DNA of 32,000 nt from Fibrobacter succinogenes subsp. succinogenes S85 (GCF_000146505.1 NC_017448.1:1290001-1322000), one strand, 5' to 3'. Shown: positions 1 to 9,658, counted from the stretch's first letter. Numbers and translations: made by a program. The notes: a model not told the origin generated them from the letters alone.

Positions 1-748
1 AACTGGAGGCCGGGTAACCGTAATACACCCAGAGGAACGAACAAATTGCCATCTTCTTGCGCGGCGGAACAAGCGTCGTATCGCCATCCGGCGTGAGCTC
101 GACCACTTCACCCGGACCAAGATCACGGACGTATTCGTAACCGAGGTTCGGAAGTGCGCAGCTTTCTTGCAAGGCGATCATGGCGCCATCCTTCTTACCA
201 AGGATTACAGCCGTACGGCCCCACTTGTCACGGCACGCATAAAAACGCCCCGCGCTATCCATAATCAGCACGGAGCAACTTCCCTTCACCTTGTCCTGAA
301 CGTACTTGAGACCGTCAATAATTGAATCCTGCGTAGCGATAAGCGCTGAAACAACTTCGGTCGGACCGACCATGCCACTCGTTGTAGAGAACTGGAGCTG
401 CATGCAGTTGTTGCGGAAAAGTTCGTTCTTAATATCTTCGATGTTCGTGATGAGGCCAACAGTCACAATCGCGAACGTTCCCAGCTTGGAGGTCATGACG
501 AGCGGCTGCGGGTCCGTGTCAGAGATGACGCCTAAGCCAACCTTGCCGGAAAAATGTGTTAAATCGTGTTCAAACTTACTGCGGAACGGAGTGTTCTGGA
601 TGTTATGAATCGAGCGATGGAAAACACCATCCGATTTCAAAACAGCCATACCGCCGCGGTGAGTGCCAAGGTGAGAATGGTAGTCGGTTCCGTAAAAGAG
701 ATCGCAAACGCAATCTTCTTTGGAAATAACACCACAAAAGCCGCCCAT
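1..748 (-). CDS. Class-II (Ntn) glutamine amidotransferase, amidophosphoribosyltransferase (PurF)-like; 3' end runs off the window
   Basis: Absent from the ORF track because it has no stop in the window. My reverse-strand translation from ATG (complement of 746-748) reads MGGFCGVISKEDCVCDLFYGTDYHSHLGTHRGGMAVLKSDGVFHRSIHNIQNTPF...SCSVLIMDSAGRFYACRDKWGRTAVILGK...MAICSFLWVYYGYPAS and stays open to base 1. An N-terminal Cys follows a short leader. CRDKWGRTA resembles the RDPxGxRP core of PurF-family enzymes, and CSFLWVYYGYP resembles their CxFEYVYFARP motif. Confidence 0.75.
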   Translation of the reverse strand, partial: MGGFCGVISKEDCVCDLFYGTDYHSHLGTHRGGMAVLKSDGVFHRSIHNIQNTPFRSKFEHDLTHFSGKVGLGVISDTDPQPLVMTSKLGTFAIVTVGLITNIEDIKNELFRNNCMQLQFSTTSGMVGPTEVVSALIATQDSIIDGLKYVQDKVKGSCSVLIMDSAGRFYACRDKWGRTAVILGKKDGAMIALQESCALPNLGYEYVRDLGPGEVVELTPDGDTTLVPPRKKMAICSFLWVYYGYPASS

Positions 749-935
749 ATAAGACTCCTGGATAGAAAAAGGATTTTCCACGCACAAAAATAGAAATCTT
801 AAGCAATATTCAAGCCCTAAAAAGCGAAAATTTTTATTTCAACCACTGGGCAGGCCCGCAAATGGCCATATTTTTTGCTTACGCTCCCAATTGGAATAAT
901 GCCCCATTTTGATTTGGGACCATTTAAGTATATAT

Positions 936-944
936 TGATATAAA
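936..944 (+). promoter_or_regulatory. Candidate extended -10 element (TGaTATAAA) for the MBL-fold hydrolase gene
   Basis: TGATATAAA lies 27 nt upstream of the ATG at 972, and AAGGGGAAG (SD-like) sits just before the ATG. This is a sequence pattern only; no -35 element was identified. Confidence 0.3.
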
Positions 945-971
945 AGCATACATTTTCAGAAGGGGAAGCAT

Positions 972-1721
972 ATGGAAATTAAAGCCGTACGCATGTTTGA
1001 CCATGGTTTCATGAACCAGGCGTTTGCCTTTGGCGGTGAAGAAGGCAAGGACAAGTTTGACGAACAGATTATCTACCGCAGTAGTCTGCAAAACTTTCTC
1101 ATCGACACCGGGAGCGAAGTCATCCTCGTTGATACGGGGTTCGTCAACGACTTTGCAGCACCCGAAAAGAAGCTTGGCGCACCGCTTTACATGGGAGAAA
1201 AGCTAAAGGACTACACCCAAGCTTTTGCGGAACTCGGTTACAAGCCCGAGCAAGTCACTAAAATTCTCATCACGCACAAGCATCCGGACCATTCCGCGGC
1301 CATCCAATACTTCCCGAATGCGAAGGTTTTCGTTTCGCCTGAAGATGCCGACGCCATGAAACTTGAAGGCGCAAACATCGTGCGCTGCACTTACAAGGAC
1401 GGACCTTATCACAACTTCCCGAAATGCGAAAAAATCGCAAACGGAATCTATTTCATTGAAGCGAAGGGACACACCAAAGGCAACAGCATCATCGTCGTCG
1501 AAAACGACGGACTCTTCTACATGATGCATGGCGATGTGACCTACTGCGATGCCGCCCTCAAGGCGAACAAGTTAAGCATCGTTTTTGAAGACATCACTGC
1601 CGCCCGCGAAACGCTCGACTGTGTCCGCGAATTTGTCGCCAACAACCCGACCGTTTACCTCTCGACGCATTGCCCCGAAGGCTACGAAAATCTCGAAATG
1701 AAGCGCGTGATGAAACTGTAG
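972..1721 (+). CDS. MBL-fold metallo-hydrolase (lactonase/beta-lactamase superfamily)
   Basis: 249-aa ORF with an ATG start preceded by an SD-like AAGGGGAAG. It carries the HxHxDH zinc motif (ITHKHPDHSAAI), downstream His/Asp ligand candidates (KGHTKGN, MMHGD) and a terminal STHCPEG. Confidence 0.85.
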   Translation: MEIKAVRMFDHGFMNQAFAFGGEEGKDKFDEQIIYRSSLQNFLIDTGSEVILVDTGFVNDFAAPEKKLGAPLYMGEKLKDYTQAFAELGYKPEQVTKILITHKHPDHSAAIQYFPNAKVFVSPEDADAMKLEGANIVRCTYKDGPYHNFPKCEKIANGIYFIEAKGHTKGNSIIVVENDGLFYMMHGDVTYCDAALKANKLSIVFEDITAARETLDCVREFVANNPTVYLSTHCPEGYENLEMKRVMKL

Positions 1722-1752
1722 AAAGTTCCGCAGTTAAACCAGCAACTTTGTC

Positions 1753-1779
1753 GCCCCGGACGCCGTTCCGGGGCATTTT
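1753..1779 (+). terminator. Rho-independent terminator-like hairpin after the MBL-fold gene
   Basis: GCCCCGGA-cgccgt-TCCGGGGC gives an 8-bp GC-rich stem with a 6-nt loop, followed by ATTTT. It lies between convergent genes. There is no T-tract in the opposite orientation, so it mainly serves the plus-strand gene. Confidence 0.55.
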
Positions 1780-1798
1780 CATTTAATTTTTCATTTAA

Positions 1799-2962
1799 TT
1801 ATTCACCGAGGACAAACGCGACGGCTTTTTCGAGGTCCTCTTGCTGGCGTTTATGCACTTCGCCGTAACGAGCAACACCGCGAGAAGCGTACATTGCGTA
1901 AATGTCCGGATCCAGCAATTGAATCATGCGGTTCTTGATTTCGCTCACGGAATACGGGTCAAAGTAAAGTGATGCATTTTCGCAGACTTCAGGCACTGAC
2001 GTTGTGCCGCTTGCAGCCACAGGCACGCCATAACGCATCGACTGCACCGGCGGATAGCCAAAGCCTTCGTTCAAGCTCGGGAAAATAAACGCATAGGCGT
2101 TCTTGTGCAAGAATTCGAGTTCCTTAGATTCCACGTAACCGAGGAATACAAACGCATCCTTGTTGCGAATGTGCTTGCGGTAAACTTTCACGTTCGTTGC
2201 ACCCGTAATCACGAGCTTCATGTCGAACAAGTGATTTGTCGAACGCATCATTGTTACAAGTTCATCAAACGCCTTGACCGCACGCAGATTGTTCTTTTCC
2301 CAGCGGGCACCGCTCGTGAGCAAGAAATACTTTTTCGTTTTCACCGTCGGCGGCAAGAATCCTTCCGGTTCGTAATCCAGCATCGGGCTATAGAAAACGG
2401 GGATTTCTTTGTCCAGAAGCTCCGGGAAGAACGACTTGATTGAAGCGCGGCTATGTTCGCTCACCGTAATGCATTCGGCACGGCCATCGGCAATGCGGGC
2501 CGCCAAATCGCGATACTTGGGCGCATAGAAATACTTTTTCCAACTGTCGCGATAACGTACAAGCGCTTCGAGCTTTTGTGCAAGTTTTTTCGCAAAGCCA
2601 ACGCCTTGCCAGCTATACTGCATTTCGAGAGCGCGCACGCCATGCCACGTGAATACAAAACGTTTCACCTGAATTTGCCATTTCTTTTCGAGCGAATAAA
2701 GCGGCGTGTAGAACGCATCAATCGCATTTTCGTCGATAATCTGCTGCGGCGTCTTTTCAGCAATGTCAAAAAGTGGAATGTTGCACTTTTCGCAAGCTTC
2801 AAGAATATCCGGCGACAAGTATTTGCGGCTATCGTAAACGCAACTGAACTTTGCACCACGTTTTACAAGCGCCCAGAAAATCACTTCGCCATAAGAGCCG
2901 CCACCGTGAAACTTTGCACTGTGAATCGGCTGCACCGCCACGAGATTAAAAAGAAAATTCAT
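1799..2962 (-). CDS. Glycosyltransferase, GT-B fold (GT1/GT4-like)
   Basis: 387-aa ORF with an ATG start. The C-terminal signature FIFPSLNEGFGYPPVQSMRYGVPVAASGTTSVPEV matches the E-x7-E region of retaining GT4-type enzymes. It sits 9 nt downstream of the preceding GT gene. Confidence 0.85.
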   Translation of the reverse strand: MNFLFNLVAVQPIHSAKFHGGGSYGEVIFWALVKRGAKFSCVYDSRKYLSPDILEACEKCNIPLFDIAEKTPQQIIDENAIDAFYTPLYSLEKKWQIQVKRFVFTWHGVRALEMQYSWQGVGFAKKLAQKLEALVRYRDSWKKYFYAPKYRDLAARIADGRAECITVSEHSRASIKSFFPELLDKEIPVFYSPMLDYEPEGFLPPTVKTKKYFLLTSGARWEKNNLRAVKAFDELVTMMRSTNHLFDMKLVITGATNVKVYRKHIRNKDAFVFLGYVESKELEFLHKNAYAFIFPSLNEGFGYPPVQSMRYGVPVAASGTTSVPEVCENASLYFDPYSVSEIKNRMIQLLDPDIYAMYASRGVARYGEVHKRQQEDLEKAVAFVLGE

Positions 2963-2971
2963 AAACGCCCC

Positions 2972-3994
2972 CTAGAAAAGCTTGCCCAGGATTTCCAAAG
3001 GCTTCACGAGGAAAGGCATTTTCTTGTACAGCCAGGCAAGCGATTTTGCAAACGCATAAGAGCGAATGATGTAGGCACCAGCAGCGCCAACCTTGTTCGT
3101 CTGGTACATGAATTCATCCTTCGCATGCGCAATCACATCATCGTAATACTCGTTGATGTGAATGGACTTATCCGCGTTCACCGTCACGGGGAGGCTCTTC
3201 AAGTTCGTATAAAAGTCCTTGCGCAAAATCTTCGGCAAAAAGATGTTCATCGATTCCGGCACCTTGCGGCCACGCGTATCGATAATGCGCGAACCAAAGA
3301 AGTGCAACACCTTCGCCGTCGGCAAGAAGCGGTTGCCATAAGCCAGCTGGCAGTTCCAACCGCCATCCATCTTCTTCGTGATGTAACCAAACTTGTAATT
3401 GGTTTCAGCAAGCGAAGCCATATCATACGGGAAGTTTTTGGAAACACAGTAAAGCCAAAGTTCATGCCAAGTCTTGAAGAACTCGCGAGCTTCCGGCGTA
3501 TCGGCGGCAAACATCACGCCCCCGTTGAAAATTTCATCATTGAGGATTGGCGAAAAGCCCATCATCTTCGCGTTGTTCAAGACCTTCTTGCGGTTAATTG
3601 CCTTCGAGAGATTCGTGTGGAAGTCAAGCACCGCGTAAATGCCACCGCGCCATTCGTCCGGAATCGAGAGGTCATCGACAATCGCGATGTCCGAATCCAT
3701 GTACAAGAAATCGCCATTGACCACATTGCGCATCACCGTCTTGAGGTAACGAGAACGGAGCATTGGTGTGAACTTTTCATCAAGCGTCAAAACCTTGAGT
3801 TCATCGACCGCATCCTTCAAGACCGCACGCGGCCCCGTCAGAGTTTCGGCCGTTTTGTCGTCCGTTAAAAGCGTCACGAACGCATTCGGATTATGGACAC
3901 GCAGCGAAGCAATCGCCACAAGCGTCTGCTCGCAGAAAAAGTCCTTCGGGGAACTCGTCAACACAAAAAGATATTTCACAGAAGGCATAGTCAT
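2972..3994 (-). CDS. Glycosyltransferase, GT8-like (GT-A fold, DxD)
   Basis: 340-aa ORF. FLYMDSDIAIVDD (DxD) and FNGGVMF are typical GT8 motifs. It begins 2 nt after the upstream GT32 stop. The third-codon ATG (3986-3988) has better SD spacing (AAGGA-N5-ATG), so the start is uncertain by 2 codons. Confidence 0.7.
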   Translation of the reverse strand: MTMPSVKYLFVLTSSPKDFFCEQTLVAIASLRVHNPNAFVTLLTDDKTAETLTGPRAVLKDAVDELKVLTLDEKFTPMLRSRYLKTVMRNVVNGDFLYMDSDIAIVDDLSIPDEWRGGIYAVLDFHTNLSKAINRKKVLNNAKMMGFSPILNDEIFNGGVMFAADTPEAREFFKTWHELWLYCVSKNFPYDMASLAETNYKFGYITKKMDGGWNCQLAYGNRFLPTAKVLHFFGSRIIDTRGRKVPESMNIFLPKILRKDFYTNLKSLPVTVNADKSIHINEYYDDVIAHAKDEFMYQTNKVGAAGAYIIRSYAFAKSLAWLYKKMPFLVKPLEILGKLF

Positions 3995-3996
3995 CC

Positions 3997-4800
3997 TTAA
4001 AGCTCAATCGGTTTCTTGTTTTCGTATGCGGCAAGGCGGCTTTCCATCGTGCCACACGGTGCATTTCGGAGGAAGTTCTTGATGCGTTGCCAAAGCGGGC
4101 GCCAGCTACCGTTCGTCACGTGAATTGCAAAAGGTTTCGTCTTCGATTCGTTCAAGCTCGGCAAAAATACATCACCCGGATAAATCGTCATTCCCTCAGA
4201 AAGTTTCTGCAATTCATTTTTATAAACAAAACCAAATTGCTGTGCCGTATGCGCATAAACAAACGGAGAAATATTCTGGATATTCAATTCACCGTTCGGC
4301 AAAATGAACTTCTGGTTTTCGTAGTATTCCATGCACTTTTTAAGGAACGGATGCCCGGCCTCGCCACCGAAAATGGCCGCCTGCAAAGCAAGCCCCGGGA
4401 GCGCAATCTGGCTCGGGTCCTTCTTGGTTCCGTCCTCGTTCAAGTACTGCCAAGACTTGTTTTTCTTGAAGTGCGATGTAAACTCGATATTCGTAAAATA
4501 GCGATTGTCCAGGAACGGATCAAAGCTCTGGTACATGTAAACATCGCTATCCAAATAGATTCCGCCCTCGCTATAGACGGCATAAAGGCGAATGTAGTCG
4601 CTTGCGAAAGCCCACTTAGAAAGCGAAACCGCCTCGCGCACAAACGGGACCGTATCAATAATCTTCTGGCATTTTGCCATATTCCAGTGGACAATTTCGT
4701 AATCAGGGCAATGACGTTTCCAGCTATCAATGCACAACTGCGGAAGTTGCGGCAGCGGGTCATTGGAAAGCCAAATATAGTGCAACTTTTTAGGAATCAT
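3997..4800 (-). CDS. Glycosyltransferase with DXD sugar-binding motif (GT32 / Gly_transf_sug-like)
   Basis: 267-aa ORF with an ATG start. IPKKLHYIWLS...ASDYIRLYAVYSEGGIYLDSDVY is the canonical GT32 (OCH1 / capsular mannosyltransferase-like) core. Confidence 0.75.
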   Translation of the reverse strand: MIPKKLHYIWLSNDPLPQLPQLCIDSWKRHCPDYEIVHWNMAKCQKIIDTVPFVREAVSLSKWAFASDYIRLYAVYSEGGIYLDSDVYMYQSFDPFLDNRYFTNIEFTSHFKKNKSWQYLNEDGTKKDPSQIALPGLALQAAIFGGEAGHPFLKKCMEYYENQKFILPNGELNIQNISPFVYAHTAQQFGFVYKNELQKLSEGMTIYPGDVFLPSLNESKTKPFAIHVTNGSWRPLWQRIKNFLRNAPCGTMESRLAAYENKKPIEL

Positions 4801-4857
4801 AAAAATAATGTAGAAAATTACTACTGTTCGGCCACTCCAAATAGTTATATTTGAGTC

Positions 4858-5757
4858 ATGATTTCAATTGCAATGGCGACATATAACGGCAAGACTTTTA
4901 TTCGGGAACAGCTAGACTCAATTTTGGCTCAGACCGAACAAGATTTCGAAATCGTAATTTGCGATGACGCTTCGACCGATTCCACGCCCCAAATCCTTGA
5001 CGAATACGCACGCAAGGATTCGAGAATCCGCGTTTACAGGAACGAGAAGAACTTAGGTTATCGCGAAAACTTCAACAAGGCCGTATCGCTTTGCAAAGGT
5101 GATTTTGTCGCATTCAGCGATCAGGACGATTTGTGGCTCCCGAACCACCTCGAAACTTTGCATAAAGCCATTGGTGATAATCTCGTTTGCGGAGGTCGCA
5201 CGGTCCGTTGCCGCGAAGATGGTTCCACGCTCAAGGAATTTTCCCCGACGCCGTACCAGTCCAATTGCCTGACTTCGCAAAAAGACCGTTTCATTTACCA
5301 GTGCTACGCCTTCAATCTTTATCAAGGCGCATCGCAACTCATCAGCCGTGAAGCGGTCGAGCGATTCTTCCCTATCGAAAACGACGAATATGCCCACGAC
5401 TGGTCCCTTGCCGCAAACGCCATTGGCGAAAACCGATTTGTCTATACTGACACCGTCGTGACAAAATGGCGCAAGCATTCTTCGCAGGTTACGCACAAGA
5501 GGCATTCAAGAGAAGTCCGCAAGAACCGTCTCGCACAATTTGCGCTGTACATGTGGTCGCATAACGAAAAACTCAAAAAAGACCACGACATCAAGGAAAT
5601 CTTGCGCAAGGCCATCGAGTTCCATACAAACTCTAGACTTTCGTATCGTCTCAAGAACCTCGCCCATGCGTGGAGAACATCCAAGACGATTTACGGGCGT
5701 AACTTCACCGGAACGCTCAAGACCGTTCTCGGCTACTTGTTCACCGCATCGCTTTAA
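4858..5757 (+). CDS. Glycosyltransferase family 2
   Basis: 299-aa ORF. MISIAMATYNGKTFIREQLDSILAQTEQDFEIVICDDASTDSTPQIL plus AFSDQDD (DxD) is a textbook GT2 N-terminal domain. It is divergent from the GT32-GT8-GT1 operon across 57 nt. Confidence 0.85.
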   Translation: MISIAMATYNGKTFIREQLDSILAQTEQDFEIVICDDASTDSTPQILDEYARKDSRIRVYRNEKNLGYRENFNKAVSLCKGDFVAFSDQDDLWLPNHLETLHKAIGDNLVCGGRTVRCREDGSTLKEFSPTPYQSNCLTSQKDRFIYQCYAFNLYQGASQLISREAVERFFPIENDEYAHDWSLAANAIGENRFVYTDTVVTKWRKHSSQVTHKRHSREVRKNRLAQFALYMWSHNEKLKKDHDIKEILRKAIEFHTNSRLSYRLKNLAHAWRTSKTIYGRNFTGTLKTVLGYLFTASL

Positions 5758-7163
5758 AATTTTCTCTTGTAGAACAGGAACTGCGCCCCAAGCAGGAGCA
5801 GCACGCACACGTAAACGGCAATCTTTCCGACCATCGTGAGCGTAACCACTTGGGCGTTAATCAAGATGTAAAGCGCAAGCAAGAGCACCATCCACACGAT
5901 ATCAATCCAAAGTTTGGAAGAATACGGCTGGAGACTTCTCTTGAGCAGATACACGTTGCAATAAACGGACGAGACGATTCCGTAAATCAGCATCGAAAGC
6001 GCAGCGCCCAAAAGTCCAAATTGCGGGATCAAAATAAAGCCCGCCACGACAGAAGTTAAAAGCTGGATAACGCTCGCCTTCAAGTTGACTACGCTCTTGC
6101 CGATGCCATCGATGACCGTATTCACCATGCCAAAGAACGTCACGACCAGCTGGAAGAAGAGCAAAATGCCAAGCGCCATCGGCTGCACCACGTAACTCTT
6201 GCCCGCAATCGACATGATTTCTTCGGGGAAAAGCACGATGAAAAATCCGATAATCACCTGAATCATCGTCGCCATCGAAACGCAATACGAATAAACAGGC
6301 TTCAAGTCCGTCTTGAGGCGGGATTCATCCATGCCCGAAACGACCGGCGTAATAATCGGGTTAAATCCGTTTCGAATCGTCTGGAGGCCGTTTGCAAGTG
6401 TCATCATCAAGGCATAAACGCCAGAAGCCTCTGCCCCGAGGAAGAACAGAACCATCCACAAAGTCGAACGCTGCAACAAGTTCCCGACAAACACCGTCAA
6501 GCCAAGCGGAATGGAATACATCACCAGTTCCTTGGATGCGCGGCCCTGCGGGATCACCGGCATCGTCTTGAACTGTTTGCGCACCGCTTTTGCGTGCAAA
6601 GTAAAACCAATCACCTGCCCGAACAAGAGGCCGAACGGGAGCGCATGTGGAATATCCAAGTAATGGAGCACAATCGACACGAGCGGCGCCATCACAGCAA
6701 TCACAAAGTCATTGATAAAAATAGAGATCCACGGCTTACGGTTCCCTTCCGAAGAACTGCTGAGCACGTACATACCCGAATAGAACACCAATGAAATCGC
6801 GTAGTACGGGAGTTCGTCCGAAATAAGCGGCGTGAACGAGCCCACAATAATCACGACTGTAATGAACAACGAAACGGCGACCGAAATCCAGAACGATTCC
6901 ATAATGCCGTTGTAAGCCACACGTCCGTGAAGCTTATTCTGCGGCAAATACCAGCGGAGCCCAATATCCAGGCCGAGAGTCGAGGCACGAGCAATCGTAA
7001 GCAACAAGCCCTGAGTCGAAACAAATATGCCAAATTCGCCTGCGCCAAAGATGCGCGCAAGCATAATGGTCAAAAGCGGGCCGCAAATTTTGAGGACTGT
7101 ACCCAGAATATTAAAGAGGGTACTTTTTTTCAAAAAACTTTTGTCAACATCTAACTCGTTCAT
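5754..7163 (-). CDS. Polysaccharide/oligosaccharide flippase (Wzx-like, MOP superfamily)
   Basis: Highly hydrophobic multi-pass ORF with roughly 12-14 predicted helices by eye. Its N-terminus, KSTLFNILGTVLKICGPLLTIMLARIFGAGEFGIF, is typical of polysaccharide-biosynthesis (Wzx) proteins. The track start at 7169 is a TTG; I place the start at the ATG two codons in (complement of 7161-7163). Confidence 0.8.
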   Translation of the reverse strand: MNELDVDKSFLKKSTLFNILGTVLKICGPLLTIMLARIFGAGEFGIFVSTQGLLLTIARASTLGLDIGLRWYLPQNKLHGRVAYNGIMESFWISVAVSLFITVVIIVGSFTPLISDELPYYAISLVFYSGMYVLSSSSEGNRKPWISIFINDFVIAVMAPLVSIVLHYLDIPHALPFGLLFGQVIGFTLHAKAVRKQFKTMPVIPQGRASKELVMYSIPLGLTVFVGNLLQRSTLWMVLFFLGAEASGVYALMMTLANGLQTIRNGFNPIITPVVSGMDESRLKTDLKPVYSYCVSMATMIQVIIGFFIVLFPEEIMSIAGKSYVVQPMALGILLFFQLVVTFFGMVNTVIDGIGKSVVNLKASVIQLLTSVVAGFILIPQFGLLGAALSMLIYGIVSSVYCNVYLLKRSLQPYSSKLWIDIVWMVLLLALYILINAQVVTLTMVGKIAVYVCVLLLLGAQFLFYKRKF

Positions 7164-7218
7164 GCTCAACGCAATTTAAAAAAATGGGATAACAGATTAA
7201 ACCCTAAAATTTAGCGAA

Positions 7219-7770
7219 ATGCGTATAAAAACAAAAAAATTTACTACATTATACGGCATGGTTCAATTCAGTCAAACTTCTTGGCAATACGGCACACTTT
7301 CGGAGACGCTTGATATCTTGCGCTATGCGCCGATGTCTCTCCCTATCGGAACGAACGCCGTACTTTATTACACATTGCCCAAGACCATTGAATCTGGCGA
7401 GTTTATCCGCTACACCATTATGGCGGGTTTCAGAAAATTAAGTTGGACTGGCATCATTGGAGCGGTCACGCCGGGCAAGACGAGCAACGTTGTTGAAATC
7501 GCCGTGCGCCTTGGCGAAGGTCCTTTCCGTGGCTTTACGGCAACTCACACGTTTGATTCCGTTAAAGGCATGACGACCTGCTTTGATAACCTCACCTTCC
7601 AGGGATGCAAGGATTTTGCAGAAGACACGTTCGCGATTGTCATGAACAGCGCTAGCCTGGTTTACGCCATGAAGGCTAGAGAAATGGCACGCGAACAAAT
7701 CGCTATTGTAGAAGCAAAGAAGAAGACGCAGGCTTTCGAAGCGTTGGATCAGTCCGCAACCGCCGGATAA
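7219..7770 (+). CDS. Hypothetical protein, possibly a ligand-binding SRPBCC (START/Bet v1-like) fold
   Basis: 183-aa ORF ending 4 nt before the UbiD-family gene. The segment W-x-G-I...GEGPFRGFTATHTFDSVKGMTTCFDNLTF resembles the GPFxxWxHxHxF...GTxxxDxxxY core of SRPBCC proteins. This is recognition by eye only. The start is uncertain: ATG 7219, or ATG 7258 (MVQF...). Confidence 0.55.
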   Translation: MRIKTKKFTTLYGMVQFSQTSWQYGTLSETLDILRYAPMSLPIGTNAVLYYTLPKTIESGEFIRYTIMAGFRKLSWTGIIGAVTPGKTSNVVEIAVRLGEGPFRGFTATHTFDSVKGMTTCFDNLTFQGCKDFAEDTFAIVMNSASLVYAMKAREMAREQIAIVEAKKKTQAFEALDQSATAG

Positions 7771-7774
7771 AATC

Positions 7775-9658
7775 ATGTACAAGTCCCTCGAACAGGCCCT
7801 GCTGGATTTGGAAAAAGCGGGAATGCTCAAACGTATTCACGCCGAAGTTGATCCGCATTTGGAAATGGCCGAAATCGCGAGGGAAAATTTTAGGCAGGGT
7901 GGCCCAGCTCTCCTTTTTGAACATGTCAAAGGGAGCAAGTTCCGTGCCGCCTGTAACATTTTCGGAAGCGACGAAAGGTTCAATTTTCTGTTCCGTGAAG
8001 GCTTTGAACAGACGAAAATCGCTGTAAATTTCAAGGCAAATCCGGTCGAATTTTTCAAGAACGCTTTCAAGCACCCGCTACAATTGTTCAAGGCGGGATT
8101 TGCCGGAATAAGCTCTTTGCCGAGACGCTCCGGTAGCATCAAAGACTTCGAAGAATGCAGCCTTAGCGACTTGCCACAGCTGGTCAGCTGGCCGCTAGAC
8201 GGCGGAGCGTTCATCACGCTCCCGCAAGTCGCCACACGCCCGAGCGAAAATGCAAGCGTCATGCAGACAAACGTAGGCATGTACCGCATCCAAATTTCGG
8301 GGAATGAATACGTCCCGAACGAAGAATGCGGATTGCATTACCAAATCAAGCGCGATATTGCAAGGCACCACCAAAAGGCAATTGAAGAAGGCCGCCCGCT
8401 CAAGGTGAGCGTTTTCATTGGCGGACCTCCATCGCATACGTTTGCCGCCGTGATGCCCATGCCCGAAAACCTCTCGGAACTCTTGTTTGCAGGCATGCTC
8501 GGCAACCGACGTTTCCGTTACTTTGAACACGAAGGTTACCTTGTCTCTAGCGATGCTGACTTTTGCATTCTCGGTGAAATCGAGCCCGACTTAAAACCCG
8601 AAGGTCCGTTTGGCGACCACATCGGTTACTACTCCGGCAAGCACGATTTTCCGTGCATGAAAGTCAAGAAAGTCCTCTGCAAAAAGAACGCGATTTTCCC
8701 GTTCACAGTCGTCGGGCGCCCGCCACAAGAAGACACGCTCTTTGGCAAGTTTATTCATGAAATTACAAAGCCGATGGTTCCCGCTTCGCTCCCGGGCGTT
8801 TACGGGATTCACGCGGTCGATGATGCTGGCGTACACCCGCTTTGCCTAGCGCTCGGTTCAGAAGCGTTCCGGCCGTACGTGAGCCCCGAAGAACGCGAGC
8901 CGATGGAACTTTTAAAGACGGCTAATGCGCTGCTCGGATTCAACCAGGCAAGTTTAACAAAGTATTTGCTTATCGCCGCCAAAGAAGATGTGGGATTCTC
9001 TGCTGACGGGAAAGCCGTTGCAAATAAAACCGCCGCGCGCCTCGATGTAAACAACGTCCCCGCGTTCTTCGGACACGTTCTCGAACGTGTCCACTTCGAC
9101 CGCGATTTGCATTTCCAGACGGCGACAACGATCGACACGCTCGACTACACCGGCACAAGCCTCAACCACGGTTCCAAAGTCGTGATTGCAGCCGCAGGCG
9201 CCAAAATTCGCGAGCTCCGCAACAATCCGAGCGATTTAAAAACTCTTGCACTCCCGCAAGGTTTCAAGAATGCAACCGTCGTGATGCCCGGCGTGCTCAT
9301 GATCGAAGGTCCATCATTCAACGAGACTTTCCGCGAACTCAAAGAAGCCCTCGCCAATTGGGAATTCCGCGAGAACTATCCCTGGATTTCCATCATTGAC
9401 GAAGGCGCCCGTAATGCCGACAATGGCGAAAATGCAAACAACATCTTGAGCGATTTTCTCTGGCTCACGTTTACGCGTTCCGACCCCGCCCAAGATATTT
9501 ATGGCCTCGACGAAACTGTTGAAAACAAGCATTGGAAATGCAAGGCGCCCTTGATTATTGACGCCCGCATCAAGCCGCAGCACCAAAAGCAGCTTACCAT
9601 CCCTACCGAAATTACCGCTAGGGCAAAGCAAATCCTCAAAGAGGCAGGAGTACAGTAA
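7775..9658 (+). CDS. UbiD-family (prenylated-FMN-dependent) decarboxylase, long form
   Basis: 627-aa ORF. The N-terminus MYKSLEQALLDLEKAGMLKRIHAEVDPHLEMAEIARE and the internal GAFITLPQVATRP...NVGMYRIQI...LHYQIKRDIARHH...FIGGPP...PEGPFGDHIGYYS follow the UbiD family layout. No UbiX partner is present in the window. Confidence 0.85.
   Translation: MYKSLEQALLDLEKAGMLKRIHAEVDPHLEMAEIARENFRQGGPALLFEHVKGSKFRAACNIFGSDERFNFLFREGFEQTKIAVNFKANPVEFFKNAFKHPLQLFKAGFAGISSLPRRSGSIKDFEECSLSDLPQLVSWPLDGGAFITLPQVATRPSENASVMQTNVGMYRIQISGNEYVPNEECGLHYQIKRDIARHHQKAIEEGRPLKVSVFIGGPPSHTFAAVMPMPENLSELLFAGMLGNRRFRYFEHEGYLVSSDADFCILGEIEPDLKPEGPFGDHIGYYSGKHDFPCMKVKKVLCKKNAIFPFTVVGRPPQEDTLFGKFIHEITKPMVPASLPGVYGIHAVDDAGVHPLCLALGSEAFRPYVSPEEREPMELLKTANALLGFNQASLTKYLLIAAKEDVGFSADGKAVANKTAARLDVNNVPAFFGHVLERVHFDRDLHFQTATTIDTLDYTGTSLNHGSKVVIAAAGAKIRELRNNPSDLKTLALPQGFKNATVVMPGVLMIEGPSFNETFRELKEALANWEFRENYPWISIIDEGARNADNGENANNILSDFLWLTFTRSDPAQDIYGLDETVENKHWKCKAPLIIDARIKPQHQKQLTIPTEITARAKQILKEAGVQ

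Noticed and set aside
1776-1799. A 12-nt direct repeat, ttttcatttaat x2, next to the MBL terminator. It overlaps the GT1 stop codon.
   Set aside because: There are only two copies, the sequence is AT-rich, and it sits in a convergent 3' region. It is likely a trivial duplication. It does not share the 7-nt period of the other arrays.
2453-3868. A 471-aa plus-strand ORF spanning two glycosyltransferase genes. Similar long antisense ORFs occur at 4087-4854, 12894-14156, 14426-15373, 16090-16737, 17042-18466, 19236-20018, 26240-28087, 28822-30102 and 30508-31449.
   Set aside because: Each is in exact codon register with a well-supported gene on the other strand that has clear family motifs. Their translations are Arg/His/Val/Phe-rich with no recognisable domains, signal peptides or SD-linked starts. 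They are explained by sense-strand avoidance of TTA/CTA/TCA codons.
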